Source: Lingula anatina
Lineage: Eukaryota; Animalia; Brachiopoda
DNA: 64,000 nt
Direction of reading: 5' to 3'
Assembly (NCBI GenBank): GCA_051362555.1
Contig: CM120643.1
Location: forward strand, 4,774,001-4,838,000
Shown: piece by piece, positions 52,682 through 64,000 of the stretch
Layout: every line of letters starts with the position of its first letter
Numbering within the stretch: the stretch's first letter is position 1
The notes under the pieces: model-generated
Databases searched by the model: none
The model's input: the letters and a program-made list of their open reading frames with translations, nothing else
What the model was told of the DNA's origin: nothing
Made by a program: the position numbers and the translations under genes

Positions 52682-55370
52682 CTCGTTCTATTATTTTGTC
52701 TTCAAGGCTATTTCTGTGCCTTGTACTGCGTTACTAGTTTCTTATTTTTCATTCATCCTGAAAAAGTTATAACATTTGGTTATTTTTAGTCACAAGGAAG
52801 TTTTCTGTACAATCAGCAGGCCCCTAGCCAGCAATTGCAAAAGGGCAGTTCTTTTTCTGTAAATGTGGACCTTTTGTCAAGAAACCTTAGTTTTCTTACA
52901 TCAAATTTACCTAGAGTGAGCCTTTTCCCAGCAAAAAGGGGGGATTCTTTTGAACCCTCCACCCCCCCTAACCCCCCTAGCTACGGACCTGATCAGCCCT
53001 GACTGATTAAAAAGCTAAAGGACTGGCAAGATTAATGTTCAAGTTGGCTTTCTGGACAAACAAAGATTATGGGAAAAGATGAAACTTAAACAATGATCAG
53101 ATTAAAGACAGTTATGGTTATATAGCCAACAAGCCACCACACAGTCTTTTTTATGGCAAATTTGCTGATTAGACAGATGGTTTTATCACCAATGCAGAAC
53201 ATTGCATTCATTATTATTGTAACAAGACTGAAAATTTGTATTCCATGAGGAAATTTAATAATGTAATACAGTGATTCCTTTGGCAAAAAAAAATTTAAAA
53301 TTTTAATTAAAATTAAGGTACATTCTGGTTTTATTTTGCCTTAGCCTAGGACTGCAGCAAGTAGATGGCACTAAATAAATGAAGGGAATATATTTTGCAG
53401 TATGAAATCAATTACAAAATGAAATACAGTGTAGTAGCAGAAAACAGTTATAATTGCCATGATCAAGTGCAACCTAAGCAAGTGTCAGTTTATTCTAAAT
53501 TGGAATTTACTCTGGAACTTTGTAAGTACAATGTTATGTAAGGAAAGAAATAAGAGGAATACTATAAAAAATGCCAATATGTACAATCTTTTACTAACCC
53601 ACACATTACAAGTAAGTCTTTTTGGGTATTTAAAACAGTTTTAAGTCCTTTGTTTTTTTCCATCAATGATGATTACCTTATTATTTGAATTGGAATCCCC
53701 TCCATTTAAATGGATAAACTGAGCCTATCAAATAAGTTAAAATACTGTTTAAATATCTAAAATCATTGGAAAGTAGATGATAAGTCATTATAATCATCAC
53801 TGAATGCTGTCAATTCACTGTTATTTACAGAACCTACAAAACAAAGTTAATGAAACTTATACATATTTTCAAATGCAGTCATCAGCTGATCGAGGTCAAC
53901 ACATCACTGGAAAGGGGTCAACATTTGCAACTTTTTTTCTACATGTTGCTATTCCTTTGGCAGCCTCTCTATACTTTTTGATACATAGTGTACAGCCTAT
54001 CATTTCAAAGCTTTTGAAAGGGACTTTTTAATGATGTACAAGACATGAAATATATACAACAAATGTATGGAATAGAACCAAAAGAAACTGGGTCAAAGAA
54101 TTGCTGATAAAATGGCGACTTTCAGATACACCTTCATGACAAAATATCACAGGATTTTTGTTAACAACATGATAACATCAAACATTATACATCAGTTGAA
54201 AGACAATTTTCTTCAGAAAAAAATCGCATCTATTAAAATTGGTGTTCTGGTATAATTTTAATTTATTCACTGACTAAACATGTATCTTCATCCTAAAAAA
54301 AAGTCGAACATTTAGTTTCTGAAATTCAACTGTCATTCAATTAAATAATCTTGAGTAAGAACTGAAGTGCTTTATATCGCCAAAAAGCTCATTTACTCAG
54401 CTTTCTCATAACATCAATAGTTCTTTCGTGTTCTTTTAAAAATATACGTGTTCGTTTTAATAAAAAAATTCGGACACCCTACCAAACTGCCAAGTTGCGA
54501 TTATGCAATCAACAGAAATGTATTATTCTCATCTAATTTGTTAACTTTAGACCGTATTCACATCGAGTTGAGCCATGGCTCTACAAAGCCACGAACTAAA
54601 TATGGTGGATGTACATGAAAGGAAAAACGCCTAATCTTTTAATAGTCTCTCCGCCTCTGACACGCCTCCCCATTCGTCGTCCCTGCGGGGGTACAATCAT
54701 TAAATCTCGGCTCCATTGGACTTACGTGAAAAGTTACAAGAATTTGTAAGTTACAACCTTTCGAGAATATGGCCCCAGGTTGGAAATAAATTTTGACCTC
54801 TATCTCACAAACAGAAGTTTGTTACTGGCAGTTTTCAACAAGAGTATGGTTAATGACATAACTGTGATATGAGCAGAGGAATCTTACCTTATCCATAGTG
54901 AAGTTAACTGCAAAATTGGTTTCGATTTTTTAACAGTATGAGGAGCTTGGGCATGGGGGTTGGGCAGGGAGCTCCTACACTGAGGCAGATGTGTTAGCTG
55001 AATGTCATTTTACAGTTATTTATACCATATTATAATTACTCATGCATTTCTTAATGGCTACACATCAATATCAAAAAACGTAATTTGTCAACGACTTCTG
55101 AACATATCATAATCATCAATAGGAGTGCTAACGCATGAATTTTCGTGCTATTGAGCAGACTTAAAATTGCAATCCTGTAAGATAGTGTTTAAAGAAACCC
55201 ATTGAACAGTTAGCTTTCTCAGTTATTTTGCAAGTTTTGATGGGGATATGTTGGTGCTACCTTAATGTGCATCATTTCCAACAATTCCACCAGTAACAGA
55301 TAAATAGTAATGATTTATCTGACCTGAATTTTTGTACCTCCATCCGAGTGATCCTCCATGTTGTTTACGA
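52682..55370 (-). other. Candidate 5' leader exons of the WDR97-like gene (about 55370-55338, 54907-54888, 52757-52682)
   Basis: On the minus strand: GGAG|GTACAA at 55338; TTTTGCAG-[20 nt]-AAG|GTAAGA at 54907-54888; TTTTTCAG acceptor at 52758. In-frame stops lie upstream of the ATG at 52681. Confidence 0.5.
52817..52991. mobile_element. Small hAT-like MITE with a 5-bp TSD
   Basis: TIRs CAGGCCCCTAGC and (reverse complement) CAGGTCCGTAGC. ATCAG on both sides. Confidence 0.6.
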
Positions 55371-56505
55371 ATGTCATGGAATCATACCGCGAGAAATTAC
55401 GAGATATTCAATATAAGTAATCTGTTTCTTAAAAGTAAACTAAAAAGAGAAGTGTGCTTTCAAAATAAGTAGATATGTGATGATTCTTTCTACGAAAATT
55501 GATATTGTTGAAACTCTGCACATTCAGATTAAATTTAGCCCTAATTAAATCTTTAGCTCTTCGTGGTAAACATTTTGCGTGCCATCTAGCGGTGACTTAT
55601 TCTCCATACCAATAGGTCTACTTCTATGTATGTTCATCCTAAGCGAAGGTGAGTAAGGGGTCATTTTTTTATATATGTATTTTTGCTCGATTGTAAATTA
55701 AGGCCCGTGGTGAACTTCAGCTAGTCACTAAAGTCGATATATTCCCTGTATGCTTTTACCCTTATACTAGTATCCCTCTCGAAATATTTTTAATTTGCTA
55801 AAACTCAATTATTTCCAAGAAGTGAGGCCATGAAGATGGTTATAGCTTGTGTTGTAGCTAAAATGCCCGGGCTCTACTTATTAAATGTTATCTCTCGTGT
55901 GAAACATAACTGCATTGTTGACTGGATCCACTAGATATTGAATGAATTACTATTGGTGTTAATATGATTTGTTATTTGTCAAGGGTAGAACATATTTTTT
56001 TTCCTTTTTGCTGTAGTGTAGTTGTCAGCTTTCCTATGCATGCTAAATTATTTATTTTATTGATTGGTGCATTATATGAGAAGGTGTTTGATCAACAACC
56101 TCTATTGTTGGTGATAACGAAACTGATTCTATCAGCTCTGATGTTTAATATTTATAAGTCATCTTATAATTGTTCAGCAACTGGCAGCTAAGATTGTCTG
56201 TTAACTAATTGATTATTGCATTTGAATTCTCGTCAAAGCTTGGTCTTCACAGAATTTTGACTGGATGATAATTGATTGCTCTCCCTCCCTCCCTTGTCTT
56301 CAGGAATTGTACTGAAAAGATTTGATTTACAGAATCTGAGGTAGAATGTATATATTTTGTGAAGAGGTGCAAGATGTTTCTCTTAAGTCTGAGAAAAGGG
56401 TATATATATGTATATATGTATATATGTGATTTCTTTGTTGTTAAAACTCATTCCCTTCTTTGGTCATACACACAATGCAATCAATTGCACATGCATACAC
56501 ATACT

Positions 56506-57440
56506 CACGCTCGGCTGTCACCTTGATTGGATAGTAAACGATTGTCGTAAAATCGCTAAATGATATTAAAACCGGGTGCATAAACTTGAAAACCACCTAC
56601 AACAACCTTGGACTACCACATTAATCCAATACAATGCAAACATAAACTATAACAAGTGGTTAAAGCCTTCAAACCGAATGTCGTAAAGTCCCCATATACC
56701 TCCATAGAGACAATAAAATAGAATGAGCTTCTGAAACAAACCTGATCCAGTTCCAACAGAATAATCGAAATAAAATACTGCCGGGCATCGGAGCGGCCTA
56801 AAACTTGGCACGCTTACCGCTAATACTGCAGGCTACATCATCCCGTCGCACGTTTGTAAATTCCGTGCATGGCATACGCACAATCAAACCGTAAAAAACA
56901 AATTCTCGGGGTGTCGTTGGCCAGGTCCACTCTAACCTACCATTACAAAAAAGAAGCCATGCCATTGGACAATGCGACCTCTGCGGTTACGTCATTTCCT
57001 GAATTGGATTGTTGCGTGGACCTGGCCAACGACACCCCGAGAATTTGTTTTTTACGGTTTGATTGTGCGTATGCCATGCACGGAATTTACAAACGAGCGA
57101 CGGGATGATGTAGCCTGCAGTATTAGCGGTAAGCGTGCCAAGTTTTAGGCCGCTCCGATGCCCGGCAGTATTTTATTTCGATTATTATGTTGGAACTGGA
57201 TCAGGTTTGTTTCAGAAGCTCATTCTATTTTATTGTCTCTATGGAGGTATATGGGGACTTTACGACATTCGGTTTGAAGGCTTTAACCACTTGTTATAGT
57301 TTATGTTTGCATTGTATTGGATTAATGTGGTAGTCCAAGGTTGTTGTAGGTGGTTTTCAAGTTTATGCACCCGGTTTTAATATCATTTAGCGATTTTACG
57401 ACAATCGTTTACTATCCAATCAAGGTGACAGCTGAGCGTG
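56506..57440. mobile_element. Foldback DNA element: 425-bp inverted arms, 85-bp spacer, 8-bp TSD
   Basis: Arms 56506-56930 and 57016-57440 are almost perfectly complementary. Termini CACGCTC..GAGCGTG. CACATACT is duplicated at 56498-56505 and 57441-57448. Confidence 0.9.
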
Positions 57441-57623
57441 CACATACTCATATACACACATACATACATACACATACTCATATACACACATACATACATA
57501 CACATACTCATATACACATACTCATATACACACATACATGCATACACATACTCATATACACATACTCATATACACACATACATACATACACATACTCATA
57601 TACACACATACATGCATACACAT
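57441..57623. repeat. Compound CA/CATA-rich microsatellite
   Basis: Repeated CACATACTCATATACA-type units starting at the right TSD of the foldback element. Confidence 0.9.
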
Positions 57624-58694
57624 TTGCAAAGCACATGTATGTAGGTGGGCCACCAACTTCAACAAATTTTATTTGTTTTTTTCTATATAGCAATATTGTA
57701 GCTCTGGAAAGATAAAACATGAATCATATTAGTGCAATTTCCAGTATGGCACCAAAGTAAAGAGAGAGATTTTCAGTGTAAAATTATAAGTAATACAGGT
57801 AATGTAAATGAAAAAGATTTTTATGATCTTGTGCCTCAGATTTGTATTGCGAACTATTACTTAATGACTAAAACAAATTAATGTAAAAGTATTGGACGTG
57901 ATGCAATCCAGGAACCATTGATCCACTTACCTACCCATGCAATATGTTCTGAACCTGCCAGAGATTGTCGTGAGCAAATTGAAAAATTGGGTTTGAGAAA
58001 AAGAACTCAATATATAAACAGCAATAGACCCAGATAAAAGCTGGCCATTATGTGATGCTCACAACCACTTTTTTATGCTTGCATCATGCAGTCAAGGTTT
58101 GGTGTCAATGATCACAGTTCTGTGGCTCAATATCACAAATGGCAATAATAATTTATGAGGCCTGTAGTCAAGGGTGGATCCAGGATTTCCTAGAAGGGGG
58201 CTCATTTTTATTGACATCACTTCATCCATGTGAAATTCACCAAACACTTTTATACAGATACCAATTCTATGTCAAAACAATGACAGTAGGCCTAACTGTC
58301 TTTGTAAAAAAAAAAATGAATTAATACTTAACTGTGTTGCCTAAAAGAATCCCATGTTGGCAGCTCAAACACCCTTGTTTGGTTATAAGAACTAATTTCA
58401 GTCATGAAACCAACAAGAATTAAGATGATATATTTCTTGTTAAGAGGTGTTAAATTCATATTTCTATGCTTCTAGGTATTTTTCATCATTTTGAAGTGGC
58501 TGAAGTGAACATGGTTTGCTGATTTTTTTAGTCTATTAGAGTGTCAGAAATAAACTTTTGTTGGTCTATGAACCTTTGAAAGTTGGGAAACAACTTGATT
58601 GATAGCAAAGATGATCTTAAATAAGAGGCAATAGCAAAAGATTCACTTAGGCCGTTAGGAGGATCTACCACTAATTAACATTGGTAGACTCAGG

Positions 58695-60880
58695 TTAATT
58701 GTACCACCAGCGTTAGCGCTGGCGGTACACATGGTTTTAGTCCCGTCCGGATCGTTCCGCCGGCTCCTGCGGCTCCGCCGGACGGCTACCGTTACCGCTT
58801 CTTCTCCTAGACGGTAAGGGCCCCCGTACCCATCTCTTGGATTTAGGTCACCTATAATCTCAACTCGTGCCACGTAAAATTTGGGCTTTATCGGTATTGG
58901 GGTCTAGGTGTGGCACTCATTGCAATGTACCCTTGTCTAAAAATGGCAAAATTAAATGCTAATTATCTACCCTACGGAAGGAATTATGGGAAAAATTTCT
59001 ACAGACGGCTTCCAAAAGTCATATGTGTAGATTTCAAATATGCCATTGGATTTGACCTTTGACCTTTATTTCAAGGTCAAACGGGCCAAAATTTTCAAAA
59101 AAATGAATTTTTTTACGAAAAAAAAATTATTTGCCCTGTTATTCAGACACCACACAGATTTAACCAATAATATTATTGGAAAGTGTTACCCTTCAGGTCA
59201 TCTTTCATCTCCGTGAATTTGGGGTCAATCGATGCATTTTCACGGGAGTAGCGGCCATAAGATACCGAAACTGAAAACTGTCTCTAATTCGGGAACCATT
59301 AATGTTAGAGACCCATTCTTTTTTTGCATTTTGTAGAGCATGTAAAGCCCAACACTGGAGGTGGTCTCCGTTTTTTTGTATTCCATACGGTTTTCAAGTT
59401 ACGCTGTATCAAAAAGTACATATTGGTGGTGAAAGCAAAATGTGCAGTACGGTAATGGATAATAAAATTTGAACTCCGGAAAAATAAAACATAAGGCTTG
59501 GCAAAGCAGACAACTTGTGGTCAAAAATGACATTATTTCATCAAATTTGAACTTCTGGAACTTCAGAGCACCTCCCATTTCAAGAATTTTGACCAAAATG
59601 ACCTTTTCTTAATTTTAATTAATTTTTTCTGTAGGAAATTTATGGCACATTATGGTAACTCCAAAATTATAACATTTAGTCCCTTATATCTCCAAAACTG
59701 GCAGAGATAGGTCCATAGTTACTATTGAAGTTGAATAGGAAGTCATATACTGGCAATCTAACTGTGACCTTAAAATTGACCTTTGACCTACTTTTCACCA
59801 TGAACTGAACTTTGCAAATTTTGCTTTCCTTTTATCTCCAAAACTGGCAGAGATAGATCCATAGTTTCTATTGAACTTGAATAGGAAGTCATATACTGGC
59901 AATCTAAATGTGACCTTAAAATTGACCTTTGACCTACTTTTCACCATGGACTGAACTTTGCAAATTTTGGTTCCCTTTTATCTCCAAAACTGGCAGAGAT
60001 AGGTCCATAGTTACTATTGAACTTGAATAGGAAGTCATATACTGGCAATCTAAATGTGACCTTGAAATTGACCTTTGACTTACTTTTCACCATGAGTTGA
60101 ACTTTGCAAATTTTGCTTCCCTTTTATCTCCAAAACTGGCAGAGATAGGTCCATAGTTACTATTGAACTTGAATAGGACGTCATATACTGACAATCTTAC
60201 TGTGACCTTGAAATTGACCTTTGACCTACTTTTCACCATGAACTGAACTTTGCAAATTTTGCTTCCCTTTTATCTCCAAAACTGGCAGAGATAGGTCCAT
60301 AGTTACTATTGAACTTGAATAGGAAGTCATATGCTGGCAATCTAAATGTGACCTTGAAATTGACCTTTGACCTACTTTTCATCATGAATTGAACTTTGCA
60401 AATTTTGGTTCCCTTTTATCTCCAAAACTGGCAGAGATAGGTCCATAGTTTCTATTGAACTTGAATGGGAAGTCATATACTGGCAATCTAAATGTGACCT
60501 TAAAATTGACCTTTGACCTACTTTTCACCATGAACTGAACTTTGCAAATTTTGCTTCTCTTTTATCTCCAAAACTGGCAGAGATAGGTCCATAGTTACTA
60601 TTGAACTTGAATAGGAAGTCATATACTGGCAAGCTAAATGTGACCTTGAAATTGACCGTTGACCTACCTTACGATGAACTTAAATTTGATTGTACCATTT
60701 TTAGTTATATATATTTTTTGCATATTTTGAACATTCTTGTTGATTGCATTTTTACAGCTTGTCAAGCACAAGACTGGTGGCTGTGTCCCTTATTTTGTGT
60801 ATGTAGGGGTCTATACGAATGCGCTTGCTCCAGCTGGTGGTACAATATTCGGAGGCAGTATCGCCTCTCTGATCCTCTAG
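58695..60880 (+). mobile_element. HINE family A copy with about 7 x 146-bp repeats
   Basis: Same termini and body as 7252-9171. Repeat anchors AAAACTGGCA at 59694, 59840, 59986, 60132, 60278, 60424, 60570. Confidence 0.85.
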
Positions 60881-63010
60881 TTAGTTAACTGACCTTAGTG
60901 TCATGGGATGTACACTCCAAGCTTAAGTCTATAAATATAATTGGGTAGGGTCTACTGTCTACTCTCCTACGTGAGATAACAGTCACAATCAGCCACTCTT
61001 GTTATTAGATAGAAATGGGAAGTAATGTTAATGACAAGTACCTGAATGAGTTACACAGAGTATTGTAGCAAATTCTAAGGTAGAATTTGAGAACTAAGCA
61101 AACCTGACTTTTATCGAGGGGAAGGGAGTTGGATTTAAATACTAAAAATTTGTACAACATAATTTAAAAATTCAGGGGGGGGTTCGAGCATTAGATTTTA
61201 TGGGTTATTGGCTAGAATTTTTATAGGTTTTTACTTTGAGGAGACCTTTCATAAGACTATATTTACTCAATTCTTCATACATGTATAATTTTTTTATGAA
61301 TCGTCCAGTTTTCATGCCCCAAGGGAATATTTAATCTCGTAATGAAACTACTTTTACCAGGTATTTTCAATGCATAGAATTATTGTGAATAAATGTACAT
61401 GTTTCCCAGCCTTCACACCAATTAATTCTAGGAAATATGGTCTGGTGGAATTCAACTAGGATGCTGAATAATTGATTTACAACCTTGTTAATGATGCCAG
61501 AAAATTTGTTACTAATTAATTCATTTTTATGTTTACCTCATGGCGCAATGTTACCAGCAAAAAATTAGACAAGCTAATTTATTTTCATGTTTTCATAGAA
61601 ATAAATCCCCTTTAAGAACCAATAAGGTGTTAACTAATTTTCATTGATTGCTTAAAAAACTGTTATTTTATTTTGCCTTTCTGTTAACTAAAATATATAT
61701 GGTAATTACTAATAGCATATTGTTTTACAAGTAGTAAACTTAAAAGTACTAATTGGTATGGCTTTAAGCCATGTTTTTGATTTTTTTTATTCTGTGCTTT
61801 ATTTTCAAAGCTGTAGGATTATATATCACTTGCAAGTGATTCTAACATAAAAGCTTGGATGAGATCAAATTTAATTTGTTTTCCCTCACTGCCAGCAGTC
61901 TCCTTCCTCTGTGTGGTGTGGATAGTGTAAACTATTGATTACAAGAAAGTGTTCACATCCATAGATAGAGGCTTATAAAGCTCCATAGTGGAAATTGCAT
62001 TCAATATGAAGCTCACATTTCAAAAACACAATTTGCCCAAATTATGCTAGAAGGAATGTGCTGGCTGTCTCAAAAAGTTGCTAGTCATTTTAAGTAGAGA
62101 TCTGTATAGTAGGTCTCCTTTGACCCAAGGTAGTGCTGGGGCAGCCACTAGTAGTCAACACTGGCCTAAGACGTGAGACATAGCTTACTGTTCTTGCCAC
62201 AAAACTGGTTCAGTATCCTGATTTCAGGTGATTACCACAGCATGATTTATCTTTGATATTAAAGATAGGACCATCTTTGAACCCAAGATATTTTGAAAAA
62301 TGTTTCTCAGAAAGCCAGTTTGAGGTCACTGATTCTGTACTAAGATAACACTGGGGAGTTTCACGATGTCATCTCACATCTCACACTCAGGGTGTGAGAA
62401 CCTTATTCTGCCTCATTTTCTTTCAAAATGGCAGTTTTCATAAACTGACAGAATTATGAAATGTCTGTTGATAAAAAGAATTGGAAGCAAGAAGACATCA
62501 GGCTGTCTGTAGATCCCCTTAGAAAAAAAGAAATTAAGTCTGTTACACCAAAATCTCCAGAATGTGGAAAAAATGGGGTTAAAGGAATATCTTATTGTGT
62601 TGATGTTATTATGGTTTTCAACTCACAGTCATGTTTATTAAGTTTAGTTATACAGAAAGTGCAGAGGTTATTTATCACTAATCAGTTTACAAGTAATTCG
62701 AGGCTCGGCTTTGTGTATCAGATTTTCACCAGTTATTGTGAGTTGGCAGAAAAAAAGGATTTATAAATGAACTTTTTAAATTTTCACCCATTGATAAGGA
62801 CATTTGCCATTGTAAAAAAAAAAAACCATGAATCACTTGGAATTATTTTGAATGTAAGAAAATGGTTTCAAAGTATGTTATCTCCCATCTGCTGGTCAAA
62901 GTCGGTGAGTTGGAAAGTAGCATGGCAGACAGAAAGGTAATTGATAGAGTTATACTAACAAATCAATTCATCCAAAATTTACATTATATGAAGGTAACAA
63001 CTAATTTTAG

Positions 63011-63134
63011 GTACTGGATGGAGATGGCAGGAAATGAAGTGCTTCAGACATGCTGAAAACTTTTCAGAATGGCCGGACATCTGGACTGGCAGTAATGAAA
63101 AATTTGCCGTCTTCAAACTGATGAGTACATATAC
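63011..63134 (+). other. Candidate exon of an unidentified + strand gene
   Basis: CTAATTTTAG acceptor and AC|GTAAGA donor. One frame is open: TGWRWQEMKCFRHAENFSEWPDIWTGSNEKFAVFKLMSTY. No family recognised. Confidence 0.35.
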
Positions 63135-63178
63135 GTAAGATACAGGTCAAGTTCAAAAATCAGCTTGATTGGACCATT

Positions 63179-63601
63179 TTTACCTCCGCCAAGGAGGTTA
63201 TGTTTTCACCCCTGTTTGTCTGTCTGTCTGTTTGTCATCAACATAACTCAAAAAGTTATGGATGAATTTCGATGGAATTTTCAGGGTAGGTCAGAAATTG
63301 GTTAACTTAGAAGTGATTAGTTTTTAGTGGTGATCTGGATCAAAAATCAATCAATAATCATAAATCAAAAAACTAAGTTATGGACCGATTTTGATGAAAT
63401 TTTCAGGAACTACCAGAAGTGGGCCAAGGAACAGATGATTAGTTTTTGGTGGTGTTCTGGATCAATAATCAATCAGTAACCAATCAGTAATCAAAAATAA
63501 AAAACTAAATAATTATAGAATGAAAATTTAGGGCTGAAACAGCATTGGGTGGAGATTTTGTTGCCTTGGCGGAGGTCTGCGCTCTCGGAGTGCTTTTCTA
63601 G
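63179..63601 (+). mobile_element. HINE family C, nested in a family B remnant (about 63139-63830)
   Basis: Full termini TTACCTCCGCCAAGG ... CCTTGGCGGAGGTCTGCGCTCTCGGAGTGCTTTTCTAG|TT. Flanks rejoin to GGACCATTTT..CAAAAGT as at 2931-2947. Confidence 0.85.
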
Positions 63602-63834
63602 TTACAAAAGTAAGTTATGCTTTTTTTTTTTTTGCATATTTTATCCACTGTTATACAGATAACATGAAAACCATGTCATATTTTGCTTTTAATCTTGTAG
63701 GACTAATTCATAGGTTTAATATACAGATCAAATTGGAAAATAAGCTTGATTGGTTCAGTTTTGGTGAAGTTATGCCTATTTTTGTATATAAGTGGTTTTA
63801 CCTCAGATTCAATTCTTAAGCATATTAACAATCG

Positions 63835-64000
63835 CTGGCAGTACACATGGTTTTAGTCCTGCTTCTCCTCCTAGACCACAAGGGCCTGCGTACCCATCTC
63901 TTGGATTTAGGTCACCTATAATCTCAACTCGCTCCACGTAAATTTTGGGCTTTGTCGGTGCTGGGGTCTACGTGTGGCATTCTTTGCAATGCACCATTGG
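63835..64000 (+). mobile_element. HINE family A 5' portion running off the window
   Basis: GCTGGCAGTACACATGGTTTTAGTCC...GGATTTAGGTCACCTATAATCTCAACTCG matches about 7275-7480. Confidence 0.75.

Noticed and set aside
56869-57108. 79-aa ORF across the foldback centre
   Set aside because: Mostly arm sequence, with no recognisable motif.
57350-57720. His/Thr/Tyr-rich ORFs (also 6846-7289 and 6014-6208)
   Set aside because: Microsatellite translations.
62461-63056. ORFs 62461-62766 and 62862-63056
   Set aside because: AT-rich, no domain and no supporting splice pattern.

Overview
AT-rich, intron-rich animal genomic DNA, most consistent with a marine invertebrate; the taxon cannot be fixed from the sequence. 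Two convergent spliced genes can be rebuilt by hand with consistent GT-AG phases. IST1 (ESCRT-III factor) is on + with 10 coding exons, 6528-18444, about 401 aa. A WDR97-like WD40 gene is on - with about 32 coding exons, 52681-20598, about 1549 aa. A possible divergent spliced transcript starts near 55.6 kb on +. Introns and intergenic DNA are full of non-autonomous elements: three Helentron/HINE (DINE-1-like) families, one carrying an expandable 146-bp tandem array; PIF/Harbinger-group, EnSpm-like and hAT-like MITEs; a foldback element with 425-bp arms; a decayed CR1/L2-group LINE; and 26-, 40- and 55-bp minisatellites. I found no CRISPR array, RNA gene or prokaryote-type system, and I cannot support a wholly new biological system. 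The best leads are the module-swapping HINEs with nucleosome-length arrays, the foldback element, a three-exon uORF and microexons in the WDR97-like gene, and a triplicated MIM2-like motif in IST1.
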